The notes: generated from the sequence alone by a model not told the origin. 64,000 nucleotides of DNA from Octopus vulgaris (GCA_951406725.2 OX597822.1:3162001-3226000); one strand, 5' to 3'. Shown: positions 1-14,757, counted from the first letter of the stretch. Made by a program: numbers and translations.

Positions 1-164
1 TTATTATTATTATTATTGCTATTATTATATATCAATAATGCTCTGCACGCTCTGCACATCTCTGCACATCTCGAATCATGCGGAAGGGAGTGAAAGGGTT
101 TCAAATCCATTTAATTCCAAACATGAGTTGCGAATTACATTTTAAATTCACTCACTAGTATACA

Positions 165-246
165 TGTATACCTACCTACCTACCTACCTACCTACCTACC
201 TGCCTGCCTACTTATCTACCTACATATATACATACATACTTATGTG

Positions 247-292
<46 letters not shown>

Positions 293-342
293 GTGTGTGT
301 GTGTGTGTTATATACATATAATCAAACAGATACGTGTACATA

Positions 343-387
<45 letters not shown>

Positions 388-403
388 ATGTGTGTATATA
401 TAT
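165..403. repeat. Compound microsatellite (TACC)n/(TA)n/(TG)n
   Basis: Directly visible simple repeats. Confidence 0.95.
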
Positions 404-490
404 AAGGATTAGATCGTTAATTTAAAAATAAAATAACGATTTTATGAAGTGGTTATCATGGAAAAAATAACCTTCAAAGGTAATAATTAT

Positions 491-705
491 TAAAATTATA
501 AATTAGGGGATCTATGAGATACCACCACGCTAAAAATAGCAGCCATGATCTGACTCTAAATCTCTAAAACCACCTTAATTGCCCATATATCAACACAGAG
601 AGAAAACAAAGAAACAAGATGAAACTAGTAAAAAATTAAGGTGGTTTTAGAGTCAGATCATGGCTGCTATTTTCAGCATGGTGGTATCTCGTAGATACCC
701 TAATT

Positions 706-714
<9 letters not shown>
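491..714. mobile_element. Fold-back element next to (TA)n, related to the HHR/(TA)n element group
   Basis: Arms ~491-580 and ~633-714 are reverse complements; motif ggctgctattttcagc at 662-677; accct at 697-701 just before (TA)n; no intact HHR seen. Confidence 0.6.
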
Positions 715-781
<67 letters not shown>

Positions 782-1125
782 TATACACATACGTAAGTGT
801 AAAACGAAGTGGACAAATGTAGTACTTGAAGACAAAAGGTACTTACATAACACATAAAGCATACGTACATACATACACAGATACATACGTACATACATAC
901 ATTACATACATACATATATACATACATACATACATACACACATACATACACAGATATATACGTACATACATACATACATACATACATACATACATACACA
1001 CACACATACATACATACATACATACAAACATACATACATACATACATTCATACATACATACATACATACATCCATACATACATACATACATACATACATA
1101 CATACATACATACATACATACATGT
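715..1125. repeat. (TA)n and (CATA)n microsatellites
   Basis: Directly visible. Confidence 0.95.
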
Positions 1126-1199
1126 AAAGATATAAATTACAGAAAAACTATCCTTGTTTAATATCAGGTGAAATCTCTAATTTCAAGTGCTGCTGATTT

Positions 1200-2560
1200 T
1201 TGGTCCTATTTTTATCTTTATATTACTATGCAGGACCACACGCAGACTCTCTGGCAGTCACACTCTCACACCGTTAAAAAATGACCCTGAGATATATATT
1301 AATTACAAAAGATAAGAAAATTAACTTCGTGTGGCTAAACTGAAACTTCACATTCGTCATGTCAGGCGAGAAATCAACGCGTGGGATGAAAATTCTTGCT
1401 ATCTTATTGCAACATGTTATTTCTGCACGAAGAGTTTCTTTAACGATAAGCAGCGTTCAGTTACTAAGACTATTCTAGATTGAGGATATGAACTACCTGC
1501 ATAATTTAGCTAACATTCACTTTGAAATTATGAGACACATTCCGGATGGAATTGGCTCATATATGAATTTCACAGGAAGCTTTCAATCCACATTGTCATC
1601 ATATTAAAAAATAGAATTCTTCATATTTCCTATTTGAATTTATACCTATTTCTTATGCTATTTCATATTTGAATTTATTACACCTGCTACTACTTCTATT
1701 TCATATTTGAATTTATCCCTACATTTGTATTCCTCTGATATAAGAAGTAAAAACTGAAAAATGTGTTTGCTAAGTTTTAATGCGTCCTTATGCTTTGCAG
1801 CACGTAAAATCTTCCTGGACAACTAACTCATTGCTGGTATTGATTGAATCTCCAAAAATATTACTCACAATATCTATCTTTATTGTATTGATTCCTAATG
1901 GTGTGGGAAGCCCGGCATCATAAAATCCCTGTTTGTCTTGTTAAAGTTCCATTACCAATGCTTAAGATCCAACTGTTAAATTCTTTTGTCTATTTTGTCT
2001 AGCAGGAATCATATTGACTGTGAGATGGACTACTTCCACGCTTTTCGCTAATGGAAAAGTTTTTAATGAATGATTCTATTATGGTGACTTTAACGATTAA
2101 TTTGGCATCTGACGAAGGCCTTCACCAAGTACCAAGTAAAAATGTCTTTCTGCGAAAAAGGTGACCGGTCAACGCAATCTCTTTTATAAACTGGTCAATT
2201 AAACACTGTATATCACTTGATAAAGTAGAGACTTTCTCAATAATGATATGAGATATGTCATAAACACGCTGTGCACCATAGTATCATTTCTTCATTGATA
2301 AATTTGTTCCTATCACTGGAACGGAACTGGAAGCTTAAAGCCTTGGTGCGCAATTCGTCATTCTTTGAGCAAATCAACAGCTACTCTAGTTGTTACGAGA
2401 CAAAAAAAATCCGAACTTTCTTTGTATCGAGCGGATGAGTACGTTGTAAAGGTAGGTTTTTCTCCAGGTTCACCAGATCCGTCTTAGAAGAAAACTCCTT
2501 GTGTTTTTTGGCATTAATAGTGACCTGATTTATCTCAGAATCAGTATTTTGTATGGAATT
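1200..2560 (-). mobile_element. Degenerate Helitron PIF1-type helicase fragment
   Basis: Frameshifted minus-strand translations in the expected order: DGSGEPGxKTYLYNVL (Walker A-like), VAVDLLKE*RIAHQGFKLP, TFLLGEGLRQMP (GGDFRQILP-like), EFNSWILSIGNG, IFIPRVD. Confidence 0.75.
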
Positions 2561-2609
2561 AAGAGTATTCTTCCATTAGCATTTCATTGTTGCTTCAACG
2601 TATTTACTT

Positions 2610-2922
2610 GAGACGCATAACTAACTGGCAATCCGTCGGTTATGATGACGAGTGTTTCCGATGATCCGATCAACCGAACAGTCTACTTGGGAAATTCCGC
2701 AGACACGAGAACTTTTAACCTAGTTCTTAGGAAGAATTAACACAAAACATGAAAAGACTGGCTCTTTGAATAACAGGGACAATTCATTTTTGTCCAGCTG
2801 AATGCACCAGAACAACGTAAAATAAATGTCTTGCTCATGGACACAACATACCATCGAGAACTGAACTCATGAGTCTACGATCGTAAGTTGAATACTCTTA
2901 GCCACTTAGCCATACGCCTTCA
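2610..2922 (-). mobile_element. tRNA-derived SINE (family 3, head tgaaggcgYRtggct)
   Basis: Homologous to 54255-54580; A/B box-like head and gtgtccWtgagcaagaca body. Confidence 0.75.
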
Positions 2923-3289
2923 CGTTTAGGATCCATAATTAACTATTGGACATCAATCTGGTAGGCAAAATAGGGTACAATTAAAAGCAGAAAACTCTCT
3001 TGGGTAGAATCCTGAAAACTCTTCTATATATGTATTTGAATGCGTTTGATACCATTTTATAAGATCTTTTGGTTGGTTGAATGTCCATTTTTTGCATAGG
3101 TTTGTTTGCTTCATACGACATGGTTTGTCAACAACGCAGCTACTTCCAGACATCTCATCTATTCATTTCCTTTAGTAAGGTGCGTGTGAACTCCTAGAAA
3201 TTTCAAACGTTGGCACCGGGAGCATGCTTTTGTAATAGAAGATGAATTCGCTCAATGTCCCTGACAGAATAAATCCTTGGTATTACTTT

Positions 3290-3527
3290 AAGGCAACGAG
3301 CTGGCAGAGTCGTTAACACTCCGGACGAAATGCTTAGCGGTATTTCGTCTGTTGTTACGTTGTGAGTTCAAATTCCGCCGTGGTCGACTTTGCCTTTCAT
3401 CCTTTCGCGGTCGATAAATTAAGTACCAGTTGCGTACTGGGGTCGATGTAATCGACCTAATCTGTTTGTCTGTCCTTGTTTGTCCCCTCTATGTTTAGCC
3501 TCTTGTGGGTAGTAAAGGAATAGGAAT
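3290..3527 (+). mobile_element. tRNA-derived SINE (family 1, Nin/Deu-like core)
   Basis: aaggcaacgagctggcaga...gagttcaaattcc (B box)...gcctttcatcctttc...aagtacc; more than 10 copies in the window. Confidence 0.9.
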
Positions 3528-3865
3528 AATTTAATTTTCAGTTTTTCTTTCTTTCTTCCTTTCTTTTTCTGTTTTTTTTCCCTGTCGACCTGTCGCCTTC
3601 TTGGAATGGTATACACAACCGTTTCCTGATTTACCTAGCTGATGCGAAAAATAATCCACTACTTGTGATTTCCACCGGTGATAAAATTAACAAAAGCGTC
3701 GAAAAATAATTGTGAAAATATCTGTGAAACTTCTTGGTTGTTATCTAATATAATTAATATATTATAAATACTCGTATTCGCTGGCAATCAGAAATCACGG
3801 GTAGACAAAACTATACATCAACCATATTAGCGCCAGGCAGCTTCTGCCCTTCTATACACATAATG

Positions 3866-3924
<59 letters not shown>

Positions 3925-3927
<3 letters not shown>

Positions 3928-4035
3928 AGCCACTACACATATTCTTTTTTCTTTCCTTGTTTCTCTCTGTGTTCCTTTCTGTGGGAGAGCGTAGGCTCGA
4001 AACGTAAAAGACTTTTTCAATTCCTGTTATACTAA
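3925..4035 (+). mobile_element. Short HHR-like repeat (gagcgtaggctc family)
   Basis: Homologous to 34640-34826, 62628-62800 and 63565-63630(-); gagc-gtag-gctc-gaaacgta hairpin. Confidence 0.7.
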
Positions 4036-4390
4036 TAACTCCTTTATCGTCATTGCCCAGGTCTTCAGCTGCCCGCCCGTGCATTTGCGCCAGCTGGGAA
4101 GTGGATTTGGGAGGAGGACATCGCGAATCAGCTCACCCTCTGGACGCTGGGCCGCATGACCGAACCACCTTAAGCGCCGTTGTAAAAGCACTAAAGAGAA
4201 GGGCTGGAGATTCAGGTGATGAAGACCGGCTGTAGGAAGCCGATCAATGCATCGGCAGCGAAGAATGCGGCGGAGACAGTCATTGTCGAACACCTCCAGC
4301 CTTCGTTGATCGACTACCCTCATAGGCCGTGTTTCACAACCATAGTCTATGAGGGTAATCCCAACTTGGATCAGCATTGGTCTTAATGAT
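4036..4390 (-). mobile_element. RTE-clade LINE ORF2 C-terminal fragment
   Basis: RRLEVFDNDCLRRIL...LQRRLRWFGHAAQRPEG...RKCTGGQLKTW is typical of RTE C-termini. Confidence 0.85.
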
Positions 4391-5425
4391 ACAATATATA
4401 TTGTTTTTTGTTTCCTTTTGGTTTGTTTCCTTTTGATGTCCATTGTGTAGGTTTCCCGCGATTTGGCTTTGCCTTGTTTTGTTATTAAGTTGTTTTTTTT
4501 CACACATTTCTCCCATGCTTGTTTTATTAACTCAAGAATTTGCACCTTGGGACGTTTAAGATATCCACTGTGTTGAAAATACAAGATGAACAACTTCCGG
4601 CCAAACAAATCGCTTTCGATACACGTAAGAAGCATAGGACTTAAAGAAAACACTTCGTTTATCAAACTATCCAATTTGTATCAACATTGTCATATTTTCA
4701 GAAATTAGAAACTAGCTGAAAATTGTAACAACTCAAAAGATCAACAACATCCTACATGAAAATGGTATCATGCAGCCAGCTTCATCATCGTTCTACGCAC
4801 ACCTTTAAATATTTTAGAAAGGTTTATATTTGATATCAATAAGCCACACGGCTTTCCTTTCAAATCACAGAATGGATTGAAACCAATCCAATTAACCACT
4901 GCACATTTCATTAACCTGATACAGAAAATACAATATGGTTTTGACATTGGAAAAAAATAAAACCTCTTGTTCTAATAATGGTTGACGTCAGCAAAAGTTT
5001 CGGCTTCATTCCATGCAAACGATTCGTACAAAGAATAGTGAAGAGTGCCATAAGAAGACAGTAAATAAATATATAAAATATAATTTACAAGGATTTACAG
5101 TTTCAGCTAGAACAAGCAATTTCAAGAATGGAGTATCACTTAGATAAAGTAATTTGCATATAATAACGTAATCGGTCGTCTAATTTATCTACGCTGCTAG
5201 TAATAGGGGGTTTGAATGCGCGCAGCTTTGTGAATAGGGTTTTGGAGCCCACGATCTTTCTATTCCAGAAAAGAACGTTCAGTTGTGTCCTCTAGAAAGG
5301 AACTTCTTTATCTGTTGAGGTCCGTCGATAGAAGGTAGCAGCGACTCTTCTCCGCCCTACGATACACAGAGAATCTCAGTGTCTTTCCAGGCACTGGTAT
5401 CGCAAATAGCCAGTGGGCTTATTCG

Positions 5426-5875
5426 AAAATAATTACTAGTATCAGAAGCAGTATTAATGCCAAAAGATAATGCATATCCCCACGTAAAAGTGGTTGTTAT
5501 GCTAGAATACAGAATACTGCGTTACTTACCACGAGAGAGAATCTCTTATATAGACATGTGGTGTGTAAAAACGCTCGTGTTTATTACGCTTGGAAGGAAA
5601 TAATTGTCTGCTACAGCCGGTGGAACGACCGGATCGCATTATTTCATCCTTCCTTGACCTTCTCAATGGCAGACGTTCGTGACTATTACCGCCGTTCCGG
5701 CGGTAGTAGCGGACGATTATCTCCCGCTTTCGACACGCGTGCTTATATCTACCACAAGGTTCTCTCATGGCAAATAATGCAGTATTCTGTGTTCTAACAC
5801 AACACCCACTTTTAAGTGGGGATAAATAATATCTTTTGGTGTTAATACTTAATCCGTCGCTATTAATTATTTTTC
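5426..5875. mobile_element. MITE-like fold-back element
   Basis: ~130 bp diverged terminal inverted arms (5426-5560 / 5745-5875) around a more GC-rich centre. Confidence 0.6.
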
Positions 5876-5993
5876 ACTACCTACATATGTCTATGAAGAC
5901 TGGACTGCTGTTACAAAAAGTGTTTAATTATGGACACGATGCACATTGGATTCAAACAGTCGTCAGTACATTTCTTTGCTAGCTACTTTTTCC

Positions 5994-6042
<49 letters not shown>

Positions 6043-6825
6043 TGTTATTGTTATCGTTATTGTTGTTGTTACTGTTATTTCTGGTAATGTCGTGATGGCA
6101 GTTTATACGTTTCAAATTCCGATACACAAAACGAAAGAGAAACCGTATAATAGAAAATTAGATGTATGTTTATTAGTATTACTAATATTATTGATATTGT
6201 TGTTATAGTGGTTCTTTATAGGGTTTTATTGTTGTTATTGATGTTGTTATAATTTTATTACTAACATCGTTTTTTTTTTGTATTTATATAAATTTTCGTA
6301 TTATTGTTTTATTTTATAATTCATATAACTTTTGTTTTGGAAATTAAGAAATTTCAGCCACAAAACACGAAACAACCACGATTACTGACAAGATATTTAA
6401 ATGTTCAAGTTGTGTTTTGTTTAGTTTGTTGCTGTTGTTGTTTTTGTTGTTGCCGTCTCCAGCAGTGTTCACTTAAAAACCATTGTCTGTGACCAAGTGT
6501 TGTATATTAATTCAATAGACAGACACGTTATCCACCTGACATCGATGCAAACGAATAAATATAATTAGCCAAACAAATGTAAATTGTTTAACATTGTTGA
6601 CCAACTCTCCAGACATACCAGTAATTGCTTGGATATGTAATGCGTTCTGAAGTGTAACCAAGAAAGGCATTACCTATTTGAAATCCACTGTAGCAGTTTC
6701 GATTCCTTACTGGACCTAACACTGCAGGGAGTTCTCCAACTATTGTACTCTTTTATACTCTTTTGTTTCAGTCGTTTGATATATACCCACATACACACGC
6801 ACACACTCATATATATGTATGTATG

Positions 6826-6890
<65 letters not shown>

Positions 6891-6891
6891 C

Positions 6892-7112
6892 ATATACCGG
6901 AGTAAATACATAAATGTGAAACAAGGTGGAAAAAAGAGTACTCAAATACCAGTGGTAGAGTAATATGCTTTATTTAAAGCAGCAGAACATTCAACAAAAC
7001 CTGTTACTCTGAGTTTCCCGTTGCCGTTCAAAAACTGTCCGATGAACGGCAACGGGAAACTCAGAGTAACAGGTTTTGTTGAATTTTCTGCTGCTTTAAA
7101 TAAAGTATATTG
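6892..7112. mobile_element. (TA)n-anchored fold-back element with HHR-like motif
   Basis: Near-perfect inverted arms 6962-7030 / 7044-7112. Confidence 0.75.
7035..7072 (+). ncRNA. Minimal type I hammerhead-like motif (variant core)
   Basis: ctgt-CCGATGA-a-cg gcaa cg-g-GAAA-ctc a gag-TA-acag: stem I ctgt/acag, GNRA-capped stem II, palindromic stem III, GUA site; U4 is C. Confidence 0.55.
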
Positions 7113-7378
7113 CCCAGTGGTTAGGGCAGTGGACTCGCGCTCGGTGTTGTGTGTGTTTATTGAGCGAAAACAGCTAAAAGCTCCACGAGGCTCCGGCAGG
7201 GGCTGGTGGCGAGCCCAGCTGTACTCTTTGGCCCCAACTTTCTCTCACTCTGTCTTCCTGTTTCTTGAGTAACGCTGCGACGGACTGGCGCCCCTTCCAG
7301 CTGGGGGGAACACATACGCCAAAGAAGCCGGGAAACCGAGCCCATGAACCTGGCTAGGCTTGTAAAAGGCGACGTTTA
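7112..7378 (+). mobile_element. tRNA-derived SINE with V-domain-like 3' part
   Basis: Head gcccagtggttagggcagtggactc; gctgcgacggactggcgccccttccag body; decayed relative at ~8805-8995. Confidence 0.55.
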
Positions 7379-7380
7379 TC

Positions 7381-7419
<39 letters not shown>

Positions 7420-7981
7420 TACAAACACTCACATAATATACCCACTTATGAAAAGTTCTTAATTCTTCTTATTCATTTTTCTCGTTGTCCTTCACATTCT
7501 TGCCATGTAATATTCACCAGAAGATATTAACTTTGCGACAACATTTCTCTATAGATGGTATGTTTATATCAAATATTTTCAACCTGTTTGGTTTTACTCT
7601 AACAATATATAACGTCTAGATAGATATTTACCAATATTTCTCTCGCTATATTGTTGCAATCTTTTCAAAGTTAATATCGATTTCTTCAGTACACATTTTC
7701 ACAGATTTTCAGAAGAGAGACATGAAACACGAGAGTATGTTAAAGTTAATGCTTGTCTCTAAGATATTACTCGGTGTGGGTGAGTGCTTGTGTCCGTGTG
7801 TGTGTGTGTGTGTGTGTATGAGCGTTCTCCGGGAAAGAATTAATTCGTATATCGAGGCATTTCTGTACTCGTGTGTGTGTGTGTGTTTTGAAGTAATCCT
7901 TTTCAACTGGAGATATATGTACGAAATGTTTCTTAGGTTTGTTGTTTGCTCCATCAGATTGCAGATTTTATTTCACCGATG

Positions 7982-8019
<38 letters not shown>

Positions 8020-8729
8020 GGTTTGGAGTTGATGTACATGTATTTTATATTAGAAGATATGAGGTACTCAGATATCCGGATGGTTTTGTATTTACAGATA
8101 TTTATTTGTATATTACATGTTTTTATACATCATATATTATATAACAGCGCTTTCGTCCATTCTAGTGGAGTTTTCAAATTGAACTAAGTTCTTGGGGAAA
8201 GTTTGACCATTTTTATAGTGTTATTGAGTGTGTAGTGGTGGGGATAGATATGAGATAGTACAAGAGGGTGATGAATGGGTTGAAAGTGAGAGAAAGCATG
8301 TGTGTGTGTATCTGTTTGTATCTGAAAGAGGTGTTAAAGAAAAAGAAGGAAAGGAAGAAAAGGGAGAGAAAGAAAAAATGTTTTGTTGGTCTCTTTTGTG
8401 GCTGGTCAGGATGATTACTCCAAGGGGAACAAAATGTCACTTTTCAAAATATTGTCTGGATTTCTTTTTTACCATTGTCTAGTGAATGTGTGTGTGTGTG
8501 TGTGTTTGTATCTTCGTTTTCTTTAATGCCCCTTTCAGATACAAACACCACCACCACCACAACCAGAACCAGCGCTTGCCAACCGGTGCTGGCTTGTTAA
8601 CGTCACCATACATTAACGGCAACAGCGTCCGATGAAATAATTACTAAATGAAAAAAAAAGAAAAAATACCAGTATCTCAGCTGGACTACAGCCTTAGACA
8701 TGATTTTTGAGATAATTGAATGTACAGGA

Positions 8730-8764
<35 letters not shown>

Positions 8765-9137
8765 TATCTTCGTTTTCTTTAATGCCCCTTTCAGATACAA
8801 ACACCAGATCATCCTTTCGAATCACGGACCAGGCAGTGTGTTGGGTACCTGAACAAAAATATAACACTACATTACCTGTTGCTCTAGTATACTCAACTGT
8901 AAATCAGTACGTAAGCGACTGACAGGCGTCCCGCTCTGGGAGGGCGTTATGATCTGGGTCCCCCATACGGCACGGAAACCGGGAAACCCTCCGTGTACTT
9001 AGAATCGAAGCAATAATGTAGTACTGGTGGTGGGGAACTTACTTTACTTTTACTTTCCTCAACGCCAGTCTGGACTTCACAATGCGCCTTTTGTTTGAAG
9101 AATCAACTATTAACTCATTGAAGGATATCTCTTATCA

Positions 9138-9715
<578 letters not shown>

Positions 9716-10500
9716 CGGATGTCAAACTAAATGAAAGTCTCAGTCATCTGCCAAAATAGATCTGCAAACAGCGGAATACAAAAGAAAGTCAGTTACTATT
9801 AAACCATATCCTGCCGTGTCATCCTCACCACCAACACCACGGCCACCACTACCATCAGCAACAAGAAAGCCGCCATCGCCACCACCATCGCTACCACCTC
9901 CAAAACCATACATTTTCTCAATGGTTTAATCATCGTTCGTGAAATATTTTAAATTATGTTGATGTCTGAATTCATTCGGGATTTTATTCACAGAATACAT
10001 GTAACGAATGCCAGTCGAAATGAATGTAATAATATTCAAAGGCAGGTTTTAATGAGTTTCACGATTACAGACGATCTCCGCAGACGATAAAAACCGGAAA
10101 CGGAAATTAAATGTTAGAACTTCTAATCGAAAATTATTATACATATCATATACACCTAACCTATACAAAAAGCTAGTGCAACAACATATAGATATTCATG
10201 CACATATATGAATTGTGTAGATGTATATACACATGTATGAATGTATATACGTTTGTATGTACATAGGTTTGTGTTTGTGTGTGTATTTGTGTATACACGC
10301 ACAATACATACACACACATATATAATGGCATGTATATACCCACAAATGTATGTGTTTCTGTATATATATATGTATAAATGTATGCATGTATGTGTGTATA
10401 CATATATATGTAGCAGTGGATAGATATATGTAGGTATAATCTATGTATGCACACGCATGCATGTATGTATGGATGGATGACTGGCTTGGCAGACAAATGA

Positions 10501-10507
<7 letters not shown>

Positions 10508-10598
<91 letters not shown>

Positions 10599-10651
10599 TG
10601 TATATATACATATACATATATATGTATATATATATATATACATATACATAT

Positions 10652-10684
<33 letters not shown>

Positions 10685-10697
10685 CATACACACACAC

Positions 10698-10782
<85 letters not shown>
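10508..10782. repeat. (TA)n/(GA)n microsatellite
   Basis: Directly visible. Confidence 0.95.
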
Positions 10783-10786
<4 letters not shown>

Positions 10787-10972
10787 TGCTAGCAACAGGA
10801 GCAGGCTTTGTAACGAATATTAATCCAGCTTAACATGGATGCGTTGTTTTACACGTCGTAAGCTGCATTAGTCGCCAAGAGAAATGATTCCATATAGACG
10901 TTTACTGTTGAATAGCATAGATTGTATGAAGAGATGAAATTTCGTCTGCAAGGATGAATGCAATGATCCACT

Positions 10973-11129
10973 TCATCGAGGGATTTCTGGGTAATTTTTA
11001 CTCGTCAGCGGAAGAAATCTAATCATCGAATGCCAGGCCGAACTCTCGTTGAACCGACGCAGTTTAACACTGACTAAATAACCAGTAGTATCATAAAAAG
11101 CAGCTGTTGTCATCAGGGTAATCCTGGAT
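10973..11129 (-). CDS. Candidate terminal coding exon of an unidentified gene
   Basis: Non-repetitive; acceptor ctcatag|A; open frame SRITLMTTAAFYDTTGYLVSVKLRRF...PEIPR*; phase matches the candidate exon at 13052-13193. Confidence 0.35.
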
Positions 11130-11261
11130 CTATGAGATTCTATACTTGGCCCTTGTGTCATCCATGTATTTATAAACTTCCTGTACTCTCTTTGCAATTT
11201 TCGTCCTCATCCATAGCCACCAGCAAATGAAATTAATCATTATTATCATTATTATCATAGT

Positions 11262-11478
11262 TGGTGATGAGCTAGCAGAATTGTTAGCACGTTGGGTAAA
11301 ATGTTTAGCGGTATTTCGTTCATCTTTACGCTCCCAGTTCAAATTCCACCGAGGTCGTCTTTGTTTTTCATCCTTCTGGGGGCGATAAATTAAGTAACAG
11401 TTGCGTAATGGGGTCGATGTAATCGATTAATCCACTCCCCCAAAATGGTTGCCCTTGCAGCAAAGTTTGAGACTATTA

Positions 11479-11480
<2 letters not shown>
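11262..11480 (+). mobile_element. SINE family 1 (variant tail ending in (ATT)n)
   Basis: Homology to 13384-13615 head and core. Confidence 0.85.
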
Positions 11481-11513
<33 letters not shown>

Positions 11514-11515
<2 letters not shown>

Positions 11516-11975
11516 TGTGTGAGAGAGCAGTGCATGCCACCAAAGTGACACTGGGGTAAAATATATGAAGCCCAGTATACCCATCATGACTACCCATCTG
11601 ATAAGGATACTCTAGGCACATGCATCACAACCATTTATGCGTCACATGGTGATCTCATATCAAGATAAATAGCGCATGACCTTGTAGGTGGGACCCAGTT
11701 AGAATTTTCTTCACGTTGAGTAGCCCATCCCGCTCAAAAGGTCCCTGAATAAGGATTGTTTAAGCATATTGAACGAACCACCCATTTTTCCAAAGGTAAA
11801 TTATCCAAACCTCTAAGAATTCCTTTCAACACACGGTTATGATGCTCCCCCACTACTTCTGCTCATGATCAGAGATACACATATCGTCAGCCACTAAGGG
11901 ACATGCTCAACTCGTTATGGTCAAACAACTGACAAGCAAATCTGTGGTATTGAGCAGAATATTTGCTGTAGCCCT
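11514..11975 (-). mobile_element. Interspersed repeat, probably a non-LTR retrotransposon 3' end in (AAT)n
   Basis: Complex-sequence block flanked on both sides by (ATT)n; no ORF recognised. Confidence 0.4.
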
Positions 11976-12162
<187 letters not shown>

Positions 12163-12459
12163 TAACTCAGGAACTCAGGGTGTAGAGAAATTGGTCACAG
12201 TACTAAAAGAAGACAAAATAGTTGCCGTGTTATTTCTCATAACACTTTAAAAAAAAAAAAACTAATTAAATATTATACAACTTCAGTATCAGAAGCCCTG
12301 AAATGCCGTTGACGTCATTTGAACTTCCCTTCTGCCACAGACTGCATCATCCCTTTTCATTTTCCCCCTTCCTTTTAACTCTAACACTTGTACTATGGGG
12401 AGACATCGAGGTGTTCTTATCTATAGACCACTTTCTAATTATCACTGCAGCGTGTGTGT

Positions 12460-12493
<34 letters not shown>

Positions 12494-13051
12494 CTGTGTG
12501 TGTGGGCTTGAGTGGATGTTGGTGTATGTGTATACATATATATATATGTATATGCATATGTGTATTGCGTATGCATGTATATACATGTTCAAGCATATAT
12601 AAGCAAATGCACATATATATGTATATAAATATATATATATACACATACATATACACATATTCATGTATCTATCTATATATATATATATGTGTGTGTGTGT
12701 GTATATATATATGTGTGTGTGTGTGTGTGTATGAGTGTGTGTGTGCTTGTGTGCATGAGTAAGTTTACATATATATGTATAGTATATGTATATATAAATA
12801 TATACATTTACGTTTATATTCATATTTATATAATGTATGTATGTATACGTATATATATGTATTTTTGTATGTGTGTGTGCGAGTGTGAAGACATGTGTGT
12901 GTTTGTGTATGCGTGGGTGAAAATTCATACCTTGATTTGTAGATGACCTAAGCAGCTACAAATAAATATATAAAAAAAGAAAGAAATTGCAAGAAAGAAA
13001 AAGAAAAAGAAAGAATGACAGAAAGAAAGAAAGAAAACAGAGGAAGATTAC

Positions 13052-13193
13052 TCATAGACTTTGCTTGGGTCGCGACGGTTTATTCTGAAAGAGCAATATT
13101 TGCCACAGACCACACACTGATGTAGACGGATAGCAGGATTGGTCGGGTGAGTCTTGTAGGCTCCAGTTTTGAAATGGATTGCAATACAGATTC
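13052..13193 (-). CDS. Candidate internal coding exon (142 bp)
   Basis: ttttcag| acceptor, |gtaatc donor; open frame ICIAIHFKTGAYKTHPTNPAIRLHQCVVCGKYCSFRINRRDPSKVY. Confidence 0.35.
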
Positions 13194-13338
13194 CTGAAAA
13201 TTCAAACGTCCTGTAGCCACCCCACTCAACACTGGCTTCCCTCTTTGCATTGCTTATATATACACATACACACATATATGTGTGTGTGCACGTGTGTGCG
13301 TGTGTGCTCACATCTACGTATATATATACATACATACA

Positions 13339-13374
<36 letters not shown>

Positions 13375-13383
13375 TATATGTAA

Positions 13384-13611
13384 AAGGCGGCGAGCTGGCA
13401 GAAACGTTAGCACGCCGGGCGACCTGCGTAGCCGTATTTCGTCTGTCGTTACGTTCCGAGTTCAAATTCCGCCGAGGTTGACTTTGCCTTTCATTCTTTC
13501 GGGGTCGATAAATTAAGTACCAGTTACGCACTGGGGTCGATGTAATCGACTTAATCCCTTTGTCTGTCCTTGTTTGTCCCCTCTGTGTTTAGCCCCTTGT
13601 GGGTAGTAAAG

Positions 13612-13615
<4 letters not shown>
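13384..13615 (+). mobile_element. SINE family 1, full length
   Basis: aaggcggcgagctggcagaaacgttagc...gagttcaaattccgcc...gggtagtaaagaaata. Confidence 0.92.
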
Positions 13616-13667
<52 letters not shown>

Positions 13668-13684
13668 ATCTATGTATATAACAT

Positions 13685-14757
13685 AGATAACTTAGATTGG
13701 TTTCGGCCATTATCGGCCCAGGCCATGGCTAACTCAATAGCACCACCTGGAAAAGTCGTTTAGTTAATTATTTTGGGACACCATGGACCACTCGAGCAGA
13801 GAGTTGTTGTTGGTTGAGACGTATCCAGGTGTAGGGTGTTTATCCGGTATTTCCTGGAGGAATTTGCCCAGGTACCGTTTGAAAGTTGTAGATGTTTTTT
13901 TACTTTAATTTCTTTTGGCATAACATAGAAACGTGCAGGACAATTTGCAGTGAAGAAATTGTGTCACAATCTTCTTATGTGATGTGATCTCGACCTTTGT
14001 AGGGAACGCATTGCACGGGGCCTAGTCTTGGGTAAATTGTAAACATAATGCCAATATCATTTGGATAATATTGGTGGAATATTTTCCACATGGTGCAAAT
14101 AATGTATCACTCACGGCGACTTTGCAGAGAATCGAGCTTCAGCTGTTTAAGTCGAGCACAATAATTAAGTCCCATCACGCCATTAATTCTTTGTGATTAA
14201 TCTTTGTGGCGCTTCGATCCTCATTATGTCTTGCTTTTTTTTGTAGAGAGACTACAATGGGTAGCAGTATTCGAGGTGGGGGCCTAGCGAATGTGAAGAA
14301 GTGAAGGATGATGGTTTCATGATCCCTAGATTGGAAAGTTCTGAGGATCCATGAGCACATTCTGTGGGCAACATCGACAGTTTTGTTGATGTACACACTC
14401 CAACTAAGGTTGCTGTCGGCAATTACACCTAAGTTTCTGATATCCGACGGTTCAAGTAGGTCTCCCGACGGTATTGTATGTGGTTGTTTGAGCGTACCCT
14501 CTCTCCCAAAGTGGATGACCTCAAATATTTCTTCCTCCAACTGCATATTGATTTTTTTTTTGTGCTCACTGGTTTCAAGGGAATCTGCAATGTCATTGAT
14601 ATAGACACTAAAAGAAAGTGGACCCAGCACAGTACTCTGCGGGACACCGCTGATGAATTTTACTGGTCTTGAGTGGATGCCATCAACCACAACATGGTGG
14701 GTCCTGTTTGTTAGGAAATACCTAATCTATTGAAGTAGGTTTCCATCGACTCCATCG
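13685..14757 (-). mobile_element. CR1/L2-like LINE, 5'-truncated (RT C-terminal part plus 3' UTR)
   Basis: SGVPQSTVLGPLSFSVYINDI; RNLGVIADSNLSWSVYINK...WILRTF. Confidence 0.9.

Noticed and set aside
2109-2125. ctgacgaagg as a hammerhead core
   Set aside because: No GAAA or stems follow; it is the antisense of Helitron helicase coding remnant
13384-13480. tRNA gene from A/B box-like sequence
   Set aside because: It is the head of a multicopy SINE and does not fold as a full cloverleaf
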